Source of the DNA: Candidatus Staskawiczbacteria bacterium
GTDB lineage: Bacteria; Patescibacteriota; Minisyncoccia; Minisyncoccales; Staskawiczbacteraceae
DNA length: 52,776 bases
NCBI GenBank assembly: GCA_943357015.1
Contig: CALRFZ010000001.1
Coordinates: 1-52,776, forward strand
Direction of reading: 5' to 3'
Part shown: piece after piece, positions 40,740 through 49,050 of the stretch
Layout: each line of letters begins with the position of its first letter
Numbering within the stretch: position 1 is the first letter of the stretch
Position numbers and translations under genes: made by a program
Notes under the pieces: generated by a model
The model's input: the letters and a program-made list of their open reading frames with translations, nothing else
What the model was told of the DNA's origin: nothing
Database searches by the model: none

Positions 40740-41240
40740 ATGAATAAAATAATTTTTATATTGGTTTTAATTATTGCTTTGGTGTTGGTGGTATTTTTTA
40801 CGCAAAGATCAGGAATATTTAATGTGATTAAAATGGCTAATAATGGATCTAATATGTTGGATGATCAAATCTTGAATTTAAGTAATCAAGGATTAGTTAA
40901 GATTCCTGATTATGTATTTGGTCAAATAACTATAAAAGAGCTTAATGTTTCTCATAATCAAATACCGGGTTCAATTCAGGCTGAAATAAGAGTATTGCTT
41001 AATTTGCGAGTACTTAATTTAGGTTACAATAAAATGACTGGTGTACCAGCAGAAATTGGTCAATTGCAAAATCTTGAGGTTCTTGATCTTTCTTACAATC
41101 AAATCACCGGAATGCCTAATGAGCTGGGAAATCTAAAAAATTTAAAAACTTTAGATCTAAGGGGTAATCCATATTCTAAACAAGATTTTAATTATATTAG
41201 ATCTAAACTTCCTTTATCGGTTAATATCATTGTTGATTAG
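40740..41240 (+). CDS. Membrane-anchored leucine-rich-repeat protein
   Basis: N-term TM, then LxxLxLxxNxLxGxPxEIG repeats (LRVLNLGYNKMTGVPAEIGQLQNLEVLDLSYNQITGMPNELG). Confidence 0.85.
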   Translation: MNKIIFILVLIIALVLVVFFTQRSGIFNVIKMANNGSNMLDDQILNLSNQGLVKIPDYVFGQITIKELNVSHNQIPGSIQAEIRVLLNLRVLNLGYNKMTGVPAEIGQLQNLEVLDLSYNQITGMPNELGNLKNLKTLDLRGNPYSKQDFNYIRSKLPLSVNIIVD

Positions 41241-41259
41241 GTGGTTATAAAATAATTAT

Positions 41260-41847
41260 ATGAAAGAAATTGTCGCAGTTATTGCTTCGGTTATTGCTTT
41301 AGTTGGAAATGCTCCATATCTTTGGGATATTTTAAGTAAGCGAGTTAAACCACATCCATATACTTGGTTAGTTTGGACGATTGTTTCTGGTATTACATTT
41401 TTTGGTGGATTGGCAAAAGGGGCGGGAATTGGAGCTTTGCCAACAGGTACTGCCGAAATTTTCACTCTGATTATTTTTTTATTTTCTCTGCGTTACGGAT
41501 TTAAGCAAATTGCCAAGATTGATACATATTTTTTAATTATAGCGCTGTTAGGTTTAATTCCTTGGGCGTTAACTAAAGATCCGACAATATCGGTAGTTAT
41601 TGTAGTCTTAATTGATGCTATTGCCTTTATTCCAACTTTGCGTAAAACTTGGCGATATCCTGCAACCGAAACACCAGTATTATATAGTATGAATGTTTTA
41701 AGACACGTACTAACATTATTTTCTTTGCAAGCCTATAATATTGCTACCATTTTTCACTCGGTAGTAATGATTATTATTAATTTAGCAATGACAATGATTA
41801 TCGTAAATCCAAAAACTAACAACAGTAAATATGGAAAAAATTTATGA
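41260..41847 (+). CDS. Hypothetical multi-TM protein
   Basis: About 6-7 TM; KPHPYTW and PTLRKTWRYP motifs. Confidence 0.65.
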   Translation: MKEIVAVIASVIALVGNAPYLWDILSKRVKPHPYTWLVWTIVSGITFFGGLAKGAGIGALPTGTAEIFTLIIFLFSLRYGFKQIAKIDTYFLIIALLGLIPWALTKDPTISVVIVVLIDAIAFIPTLRKTWRYPATETPVLYSMNVLRHVLTLFSLQAYNIATIFHSVVMIIINLAMTMIIVNPKTNNSKYGKNL

Positions 41848-43066
41848 TGTTATAGTTATTGGTGGTGGTCCGGCAGGGATGATGGTAGCGGGAACGGCGG
41901 CCACGCGCGGTCGCCGTGTTTTGTTGTTGGAAAAAAATTCTAATCTTGGTAAAAAATTATTAATTACTGGAGGAGGAAGATGTAATTTGACTAACAATAA
42001 AACTGAGGTGCGCGCCATGCTTTCAAAATATAAGGGCAATGACCAATTTTTATTTTCTGCATTTACGCAATTTAGCGTTAAAGATACATTGGAGTTTTTT
42101 AATTCTCGGGGCGTAGCAACCAAAGAAGAAAACGAAGGTAGAATATTTCCCGTTTCAGATAGTGCCAAATCAATTTTTGATGTGTTGGTAAAGTATATGA
42201 AAAATGGGGAAGTAGAAATAAAAACTGGTATTGAAGTAAATAGTATTTTAAGGGAAGATGAGAATTTTATTATTGCTACAAAAAGCAATGGGATTTTTAT
42301 CTCTAAGGCCTGTGTTTTGGCTACGGGCGGAATTTCGCGCCCAGAAACAGGTTCTACTGGAGAGGGATTTTCTTGGTTAAAAAATTTGGGCCATACAATT
42401 ATTGAAAATGATTTTGCATTGGTGCCAATTGCCTTGTTTGACGATTGGGCAAAAAAACTTGGAGGCGTAAGTTTAAAAAATATTAAATTAACCACATTTC
42501 AAAACGACCAAAAACAATCTAGCGCTAAGGGCGATTTAATGTTTACTCATTTTGGTGTTACTGGACCATTAGCATTAAATATGAGTAAAGAAATTGGAGA
42601 ATTACTTAAATACGGTAAAGTAACAGCAGAAATTGATTTATTTCCATCTGAGGATGTTGGCTTGATTCGTAAAAAGATTCAGGAATTGTTGGCTTCTGAT
42701 CCAAATAAAAAGCTAAAAAATGTTTTGAGTAATTTAATTCCTGCTACGCTTTGCGATGCTCTCTTGAAACTGTCTAATATTAATGGAGAAACAAAAAATA
42801 ATTTAGTTAGTGCTAATGATCGCAAAAAGCTAGCTATTTTAGTTAAAAAAATTCCGCTAAATGTTTCTCATTTATTGGGCGCTAATAAGGCGGTAATTTC
42901 ATCTGGTGGCGTTGCTTTGACTCAAGTAGATTTTAAAACTATGCAATCTCGGTTAATTCCTAATTTATATTTGGTTGGCGATGTTTTAAATATTGATCGG
43001 CCAAGTGGTGGGTATTCTTTGCAATTATGTTGGACAACGGGATTTGTTGCGGGCTCGAATTGCTAG
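41831..43066 (+). CDS. HI0933/BaiN-family flavoprotein
   Basis: GGGPAGM, GKKLLITGGGRCNLTN, ATGG, FTHFGVTGP, GGYSLQ. Confidence 0.92.
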   Translation: MEKIYDVIVIGGGPAGMMVAGTAATRGRRVLLLEKNSNLGKKLLITGGGRCNLTNNKTEVRAMLSKYKGNDQFLFSAFTQFSVKDTLEFFNSRGVATKEENEGRIFPVSDSAKSIFDVLVKYMKNGEVEIKTGIEVNSILREDENFIIATKSNGIFISKACVLATGGISRPETGSTGEGFSWLKNLGHTIIENDFALVPIALFDDWAKKLGGVSLKNIKLTTFQNDQKQSSAKGDLMFTHFGVTGPLALNMSKEIGELLKYGKVTAEIDLFPSEDVGLIRKKIQELLASDPNKKLKNVLSNLIPATLCDALLKLSNINGETKNNLVSANDRKKLAILVKKIPLNVSHLLGANKAVISSGGVALTQVDFKTMQSRLIPNLYLVGDVLNIDRPSGGYSLQLCWTTGFVAGSNC

Positions 43067-43103
43067 TGGTTATTTTATTGGCAAGTTGTGTTAAAATTCC
43101 CAT

Positions 43104-44189
43104 ATGAAAAGAATAATTGCGCACTTAGATATGGACGCCTTTTTTGCTTCAGTTGAAGAGCAGAAACGTCCACACTTGCTTGGCAGGCCCATTGTGGTAG
43201 GATCGGAAATTATTGATGGTATTGGGCGCGGGGTGGTTTCTACGGCTAATTACAGGGCTAGGGAATACGGCATTAAATCGGCAATGCCTATTACTATGGC
43301 ATGGCGCCTTTCGCAAGAAGCTAAAAATCAAGGTAAGGAAGAAGTTATATTTTTGCCGGTTGATTTTAATTTGTATCATAAAATTTCTTTCCAAGTTTTT
43401 GAAATTATTAAAAAATATTCAAATAAGGTAGAACAGGCTAGTGTGGATGAATTTTATTTTGACTTAAGTTTTGCTGACACATTTTTGGAGGCTAAAATTA
43501 TTTGTAGCAAAATAAAAGCCGAAATAAAATCTAAAGCTGGTGTTACCTGTTCAGTGGGGATTGGTCCAAATAAATTAATTTCCAAAATTTGCGCAGGAAT
43601 TAAAAAGCCCGATGGTCTGCTGGTTATAGAGCCAAAAAATGTGCAGGATTTTTTAAATCCCTTAGATATTCGTGAGCTTTCTGGTATAGGGCCAAAAACT
43701 GCGCAAGTTTTTTATAAAAAAAATATTAAAACAATTAAGGATTTAAATACCTTTTCTTTGCTAGAATTAAAAGAGCTATTGGGCAAGCAAGGCGAAAAGA
43801 TTTATTCTAAAGTTCGTGGGATTGATAATGATTCAATTACAGAATGCAGGGAGGTTAAATCTATTGGCCAGCAAGTTACGCTCAACGTTAATTCTTTAGA
43901 TATTATGCTTATTGGTGATTTGTTTAATAAGTTGTGTGATAGTGTTTTTGAAAAATTTGTGGTTGGTAAATTTACTATGTTTAAAGTGATAACCATCACA
44001 GTTAGATTTGCCGATTTTAAAACACAAACCAGCGCTAAAAGTATTAAACTGGGAATTGGTAAAAATCAAAAAAAGTTATTTAAGATTGAAGCGTTAAAAT
44101 TACTATTACCATTTTTAGATACACAAAAAAATCCTCACCAAAAATTGATTAGACTTATTGGAATAAGAATAGAAAAGATAGTATTATAA
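43104..44189 (+). CDS. dinB: DNA polymerase IV (Y-family)
   Basis: HLDMDAFFASVE, STANYRAREYGIKSAMP, SVDE, KPDG. Confidence 0.93.
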   Translation: MKRIIAHLDMDAFFASVEEQKRPHLLGRPIVVGSEIIDGIGRGVVSTANYRAREYGIKSAMPITMAWRLSQEAKNQGKEEVIFLPVDFNLYHKISFQVFEIIKKYSNKVEQASVDEFYFDLSFADTFLEAKIICSKIKAEIKSKAGVTCSVGIGPNKLISKICAGIKKPDGLLVIEPKNVQDFLNPLDIRELSGIGPKTAQVFYKKNIKTIKDLNTFSLLELKELLGKQGEKIYSKVRGIDNDSITECREVKSIGQQVTLNVNSLDIMLIGDLFNKLCDSVFEKFVVGKFTMFKVITITVRFADFKTQTSAKSIKLGIGKNQKKLFKIEALKLLLPFLDTQKNPHQKLIRLIGIRIEKIVL

Positions 44190-44201
44190 TTTTAATAAGA
44201 T

Positions 44202-45305
44202 ATGAAAACTTTTATTTCAAATAATTATCAGTGGATTAAAAATTTTTACTTAAAACATGAAAGATTGTTAATGTCTGTTATGTTGGTGAGCGGATTTTTA
44301 TTTGATTTTGTCGCGTTTGTTAATATTGATATTGCTTTTAAATTTACGGTATTAGTTTTTTATTGGTTATTGTCGGGTGGCCTGATAGCTTTTATGCAGG
44401 CATACGATGGGGGTAAAATATCTTTACGCTTTCAATATGTTCGCTTATTTGCGCCACTGGTTTTGCAGTTTACATTTGGAGGATTGTTAAATATTTCTTT
44501 GATTTTTTACTGGTTTTCCGGCGCGTTTTCAGTTAGTTGGCCATTTATAATAATTATAGCTTTACTGCTTTACTTTAATGATACTTTTCGTCATTACTTT
44601 TCAAAACCATTAGTGCAAGTGAGTGTTTATTTTTTTATTACCTTTTCTTTATTTTCCTTAATATTGCCATTTTGGTTTGCATCACTAAATGTCTGGTTAT
44701 TTTTACTAGCAGGCGGGTTAAGTTTGATTATTTTTTTATTTTATATTTATGGTTTAACATTTTTAAATCACCAAACATTAGCGCAAAAATTTTCAATTTT
44801 CATTTCAATTATTTTTATTACAATTGCAATGAATTTAATGTATTTTACCAATATAATTCCACCGATACCTTTGGCCATGCGCGAAGCGGGGCTTTACCAT
44901 AGCATTGATTCAACTGGTTTAAATTATGTGATGACGGGAGAATTAGAAAGTTTTTGGCAAAATATTCAATCTGCAATTTTTGGACAAACGGTGCATATTT
45001 TTGGCAATGAAAAAATATATTTATATAATGCTATTTTTGCTCCCACTAATTTGCAAACTACAATTGTGCATCATTGGCAGTATTATGACAAAGAAAAGGG
45101 CAAGTGGTCTGATATGGGTAATTTAAAATTTATTATAAATGGAGGGCTTCAAAGTGGTTACAGGGGCTACTCTTGGCAAAGTAATTTAGAAGCTGGAAAA
45201 TGGCGCGTGTATGTTGAAAATATGCAAGGAAAAGTTTTGGCTAAGGTTAATTTTGTGGTTGAAAAGTCAGTTTTTCCAGTACAGTTACAGCAGGTTGTAA
45301 GGTAA
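44202..45305 (+). CDS. DUF2914-domain membrane protein
   Basis: Multi-TM N-term, IIPPIPL, then IFAP...HHWQYYD...GYRGYS...GKWRV. Confidence 0.75.
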   Translation: MKTFISNNYQWIKNFYLKHERLLMSVMLVSGFLFDFVAFVNIDIAFKFTVLVFYWLLSGGLIAFMQAYDGGKISLRFQYVRLFAPLVLQFTFGGLLNISLIFYWFSGAFSVSWPFIIIIALLLYFNDTFRHYFSKPLVQVSVYFFITFSLFSLILPFWFASLNVWLFLLAGGLSLIIFLFYIYGLTFLNHQTLAQKFSIFISIIFITIAMNLMYFTNIIPPIPLAMREAGLYHSIDSTGLNYVMTGELESFWQNIQSAIFGQTVHIFGNEKIYLYNAIFAPTNLQTTIVHHWQYYDKEKGKWSDMGNLKFIINGGLQSGYRGYSWQSNLEAGKWRVYVENMQGKVLAKVNFVVEKSVFPVQLQQVVR

Positions 45306-45468
45306 TTTTTTTGTTATTTGTTTTTGGCAAAAGTATTTAAAATAGTTGGATGTAGTTATGGCGTTGCGCCACTTTGTTTGCTAAAGTTTTTGTAGATTAA
45401 GACGCGGGTATGTCGTCACACCGCTATTTGCTTTTTTTGTTTTTTTGTGTTAAAAATTACGTATGCGT

Positions 45469-45539
45469 CGCCCCTTGGAGGAGTAGTACCTCGGCAGTCT
45501 CATAAGCTGCAGGCCTCCGTGCAATTCGGAGAGGGGCAA
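45469..45539 (+). tRNA. tRNA-Met(CAT), initiator-like (C1:A72 mismatch), atypical
   Basis: Cloverleaf CGCCCCT/AGGGGCA, D GAGG/CCTC, anticodon stem GCAGT/GCTGC with loop CTCATAA, T stem CTCCG/CGGAG with loop TGCAATT; no encoded CCA. Confidence 0.75.
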
Positions 45540-45623
45540 CAAATTTTGCGGGGCAAAATTTTAGTTGTTAGTCTAGTTTTTAGCAGTTAGGTTGGTTTAA
45601 AAATTGAATTACTTTGCATTATT

Positions 45624-45977
45624 ATGTATAATTTTGAGAAATTGATGGTTTGGCAGGAGAGTATGAAATTGGCTAAGATGTCTTATGAGTTGAGTGAAAA
45701 ATTGCCAAAAGAGGAGAGGTTTGCGCTCATTGACCAATTAAAACGTGCCGTCACTTCTATTTCCTTGAATATTGCCGAAGGGAGTGGAGTGGGGAGCAAT
45801 AAAGTTTTTTGTTCGTTTTTAGAAATCGCCACTAGATCTTTATATGAAACAATTACGATATTCAAATTAATAGAAAATTTATTTGGTATTAATTGTAAGA
45901 AAGAATTAACTCAGTGTGATTTGGTAAGCAAGATACTCCACGGATTGTTAAAAAGCGTGAGGTCTAAAAACTCATAA
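45624..45977 (+). CDS. Four-helix-bundle protein (23S rRNA IVP family)
   Basis: FEKLMVWQ, LPKEERFALIDQLKRAVTSISLNIAEGSG, FLEIATRSLYE. Confidence 0.9.
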   Translation: MYNFEKLMVWQESMKLAKMSYELSEKLPKEERFALIDQLKRAVTSISLNIAEGSGVGSNKVFCSFLEIATRSLYETITIFKLIENLFGINCKKELTQCDLVSKILHGLLKSVRSKNS

Positions 45978-46013
45978 CTAAAAACCAATCACCATTTTGC
46001 ATCAGCAAAATCC

Positions 46014-46087
46014 GTCGGGGTAGCTCAGTTGGTAAGAGCGTGGCATTCATAACGCCAAGGTCGTGGGTTCGACTCCCACCCTCGACA
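46014..46087 (+). tRNA. tRNA(CAT): elongator Met or Ile2
   Basis: GTCGGGG/CCTCGAC acceptor, TAGCTCAGTTGGTAAGAGC D arm, loop TTCATAA, GGTTCGACTCC T arm. Confidence 0.88.
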
Positions 46088-46136
46088 CAAGTATAGAAAG
46101 AAATAATCGCCACTTTTGCGAATGATAGCGGGCTTG

Positions 46137-46164
46137 CCCGCCGAAGCTCGCAAGCGTAGGCGGG
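46137..46164. repeat. REP-like palindrome overlapping the tRNA-Asp 5' end
   Basis: CCCGCC-gaaGCTcgcaAGCgta-GGCGGG. Confidence 0.55.
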
Positions 46165-46238
46165 CGTAGTCCAGCCCGGTTCAAGACGCCTCCCTGTCAC
46201 GGAGGAGATCGTGGGTTCAAATCCCATCGCCCGCGCCA
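46160..46238 (+). tRNA. tRNA-Asp(GTC)
   Basis: GCGGGCG/CGCCCGC acceptor, CCTCC-CTGTCAC-GGAGG anticodon arm, GGTTCAAATCC, G73 and encoded CCA. Confidence 0.93.
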
Positions 46239-46377
46239 GATATATTTAGTATTGAGAGACCGATCGGCCCCAGTATGGTCGAAAAAAAAGTTCAAAAATC
46301 TATCGATTTATCCCGATAGGAAATTGAACTTTAATATCGGTTTCTCGTTATTAAATACTAAGACGGTGCAACCGCAG

Positions 46378-46410
46378 CAAAAAAACACGATTATTATTCG
46401 TGTTTTTTTG
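46378..46410. terminator. Bidirectional terminator at the 3' end of the recombinase
   Basis: CAAAAAAACACGA-ttattat-TCGTGTTTTTTTG perfect 13-bp stem. Confidence 0.7.
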
Positions 46411-46413
46411 TTA

Positions 46414-47733
46414 CTACTTTTGTAGGGTTAGACCATCTTTTGTCAGCAGAAGTTTAATTCTCATATTTGAAAGCAACTCTCGTTTTTCAAGCATACTTCC
46501 TTCCTTAAGAATGTACTTTACAAAAGTTCGCAGGTCTACATTGCTGGCTGTCGCAGATTTACTTTTCTCCAAGCCTACCATCGTTTGAAATTTATTAAAT
46601 CGTTCCAGTTCTTCTTTCAGTCGTTCTTTTAATCCGAATTGATTCATGTCTATGGTATCAACTATTCCCAGCAACCATTCGATTAATATTTCTTCTCTTA
46701 AATATTGGCTCAGGCATTTTAAATCTCTTGATCTGGTGCAACCATAATATACGTACCTTGAAACAGTTACATCTTTCAATTTTTTGTATCTTTCTCCTGC
46801 TGTTATGCCTGACCCGCAGAGTCCGCAAGTTAACAATTTAGTGAAGGCAAATTCTCTGGTTTCTCTATTGATATGATCTCGCTTTAATTGTTCTTGGACT
46901 CTGTCAAAGAGCTCTTTTGATATGAGCGGAGTATGCTTGCCTGTGTACCAGTTTCCGCTATTTCTAGGATATTCAAATCTACCGTAGTAAAAGTGATTTT
47001 GTAATATCAGGTACACATTTGAAAGCGCCAAATGATGATTGCGGTTGGTCCGATAGTTTAGCTCAAACTTGAGCCAGTGATATAGTTTCCTACCCGACCA
47101 GTGGTCATTAGCAACTTTTTCGAACATTTGCTTTATGACGTCTGATCTATCTGGGTCTACGATAACATAACATTTTCTATCAGTCAGTTTCTCATTTAAA
47201 TATCCTGTTGGAGCAGTCGTGGGCCATAATCCCATTTCCACTCTGGTGCGAAGACCTCGCTTCACATTGATGACCCGATTATCGTTTTCCAGTTTGGCTT
47301 GGCTTCCCAGAATCATCAGCAGGAATTTCTCATTTGGGTTATTGGTAAATCTTTGGCCATGGGTTCGTATTTCTACTAATAGTTTCTGATCTATTAAATC
47401 TACCACAGATCCCAAATCGCCAGCGTTTCTGCTTAGCCTATCCGGTGCCCAAGTTAGGATGGCGTTGTATTTTCCCTCCCGGACCTCGTTGATCATTTCA
47501 TTAAAAACTGGTCGTTGGCCGACTTCCTTAGAAGAATGAGATTCTCGTTTTGTCTCAACTACCTCTAGTCCATCTTTCTGTGCCAGCTCCAGCATTTCTT
47601 TTATCTGGGATTCTATTGAGAGGGCTTGTCTGTCTTCTGCTTCGGTAGATTTACGGGCATAGAGGCAATATTTCAATCTAACAGAAGCAGGGAGTTGGGG
47701 AGTAGCTATTCTAGACGTTGTTGTTTCTTGCAT
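46414..47733 (-). CDS. Large serine recombinase (resolvase, recombinase and zinc-ribbon domains)
   Basis: YARKST catalytic Ser, DRLSRN, APTGY, GKHTPLISKELFDRVQ, CGLCG...YYGC. Confidence 0.92.
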   Translation of the reverse strand: MQETTTSRIATPQLPASVRLKYCLYARKSTEAEDRQALSIESQIKEMLELAQKDGLEVVETKRESHSSKEVGQRPVFNEMINEVREGKYNAILTWAPDRLSRNAGDLGSVVDLIDQKLLVEIRTHGQRFTNNPNEKFLLMILGSQAKLENDNRVINVKRGLRTRVEMGLWPTTAPTGYLNEKLTDRKCYVIVDPDRSDVIKQMFEKVANDHWSGRKLYHWLKFELNYRTNRNHHLALSNVYLILQNHFYYGRFEYPRNSGNWYTGKHTPLISKELFDRVQEQLKRDHINRETREFAFTKLLTCGLCGSGITAGERYKKLKDVTVSRYVYYGCTRSRDLKCLSQYLREEILIEWLLGIVDTIDMNQFGLKERLKEELERFNKFQTMVGLEKSKSATASNVDLRTFVKYILKEGSMLEKRELLSNMRIKLLLTKDGLTLQK

Positions 47734-47918
47734 AGTTTTATGTTATTTAGTTTATATTATGCGACACTCCTTTTCGACCTTTTCTACATCAATGAATGAC
47801 GCAACGGTGCTAGGGAGTCCAGCCCCCATCAGTTGATAACTTTTTTCATCGATTTTTGAGGCAAAAAGTGATAAAAATAGGGGTAAAATAGGGTGCCCTT
47901 GACAAAACCCCAAAACCC

Positions 47919-47946
47919 TTGACATATACCTATAATATGCTATAAT
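47919..47946 (+). promoter_or_regulatory. Strong sigma70 promoter upstream of DGR target 1
   Basis: TTGACA-N16-TATAAT with TGn extended -10. Confidence 0.75.
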
Positions 47947-48104
47947 TAGAACATAGTGAAAATAGCACTTTTATAGCTTAAAATTACTTGCAAAAGAGCA
48001 GTCATAGCCAAAAGGCAATAGAATAAAGTATTGTTTTCTGGCTGTGACTGCCAATTTGGTATGTCAAGCAAGAGATTGGCGAAAACCCAAAAGGAGAAAA
48101 CGCC

Positions 48105-48752
48105 ATGAGTATCCAGACTCAGACCAACAAGTTCACGGCCACGATTCTGCAGAATCTCCCGGAAGTTCCGGAAGACATCATGCAGAATTGGATCGAGAAC
48201 CCCAAGGCGCTCCAAAAGCTCCTTTCGGGTCTCGTTCCTCCGGTCAACGGTTCTGCCACCGAGTTCAAGATCTGGAAGACCCTGAAGCTCCGTACGGGCA
48301 TCGATGCCGATGGCTATCGCAAAACCATCAAAGGCAAGAAGGTGGGTAGCAAGAAGATGGACATCGGCGACTACGCCAACGACATCCTCGGCAAACCCGC
48401 GTTCGCCGTCGTCACGGAAGAAACCGAACTCGATCTCGTCGTGGTCAGTGTCGCCGAACTTGGTTTCAAGAACGGAGCCAAGCTGAAGGACATCTACGAT
48501 CGGGCCAAGGAGAAGGGTCTCCAGCTTTGCCCGAACCAGGTTGGTCCTGAACTGCGCTTGCAGTACGAAGACCAACCCAACGGTGAGTGGCTCGTGATCG
48601 GCATGGAGCCGATTACCGACTCGGACGGCGGTCTCTACGTGTTCTACGTCGAACACAATGTCAGCGATCTGTGGCTCAGCACGCACTATGACTACCCGGG
48701 CCTCCTCTGGTTCAGCAACGATCGCTTCGTGTTCGTTCTCCCGCGCAAGTGA
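48105..48752 (+). CDS. DGR target protein 1 (C-terminal variable, CLec-like domain inferred)
   Basis: 3' end carries VR1; AAGGAG RBS; paralog of 49051-49662; ends RFVFVLPRK. Confidence 0.9.
   Translation: MSIQTQTNKFTATILQNLPEVPEDIMQNWIENPKALQKLLSGLVPPVNGSATEFKIWKTLKLRTGIDADGYRKTIKGKKVGSKKMDIGDYANDILGKPAFAVVTEETELDLVVVSVAELGFKNGAKLKDIYDRAKEKGLQLCPNQVGPELRLQYEDQPNGEWLVIGMEPITDSDGGLYVFYVEHNVSDLWLSTHYDYPGLLWFSNDRFVFVLPRK
48612..48748 (+). repeat. DGR variable repeat VR1
   Basis: 137-nt ungapped match to TR with 15 mismatches, all opposite TR adenines. Confidence 0.96.
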
Positions 48753-48848
48753 TCTTCAAGTTGTCTCTGGTAACTTGGAATCTGTGCTCTCTGTTGAGCA
48801 CTTGGTTTCTTGGAACCATCGCAACAAGCTCTTCTTGCATTTTCCAAA

Positions 48849-48926
48849 GGCCGCGGTCAGTTAACCATACTGATTCGCGGCCCCATTTCAGAGTAATTTA
48901 CCCAAAGTAGATTTTTCTGAAATGGG
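48849..48926 (+). other. Two consecutive hairpins downstream of target 1 (terminator and/or retrohoming hairpin)
   Basis: GGCCGCG-GTCAGT...ACTGAT-T-CGCGGCC, then CCCATTTCAGA...TCTGAAATGGG, followed by a T-rich tail. Confidence 0.65.
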
Positions 48927-49050
48927 AAGCTCTTTTATTTTTAAAAACTAGTCACAGCAATAAGTCCGTAACTTATTATTGATTTATTGCTGTGACTACA
49001 TTTCGTGGTCAAGCAAAACTGGCGAAACCCTAACGAAAGGAAAAACCGCC

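Noticed and set aside
41842..42495. 217-aa antisense ORF (and similar ones at 27491-27916 and 21618-21974)
   Set aside because: Opposite well-supported conserved genes; no motifs
43104..44189. DinB as part of the DGR mutagenesis system
   Set aside because: Lies on the host side of the tRNA cluster in a housekeeping run; DGR mutagenesis is RT-intrinsic
45346..45440. Short hairpins upstream of the first tRNA (TGGCG/CGCCA, GCGG...CCGC plus T-run)
   Set aside because: Stems too short to support an ncRNA call; likely a terminator or degenerate palindrome
45964..46227. 87-aa minus-strand ORF
   Set aside because: Antisense to two tRNA genes (MGFEPTIS is a typical tRNA shadow)
1..46238. Additional remote VR targets or a duplicated tRNA-Asp 3' end (att)
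   Set aside because: By eye I found no further copy of CGCTTCGTGTTCGTTCTCCCGCGC or of the tRNA 3' end; a BLAST of the whole genome is needed
47946..48686. 246-aa antisense ORF over target 1, and 226-aa ORF 49030-49710 over target 2
   Set aside because: Shadow ORFs expected from GC-rich codon bias; the plus strand has the RBS, paralogy and VR logic
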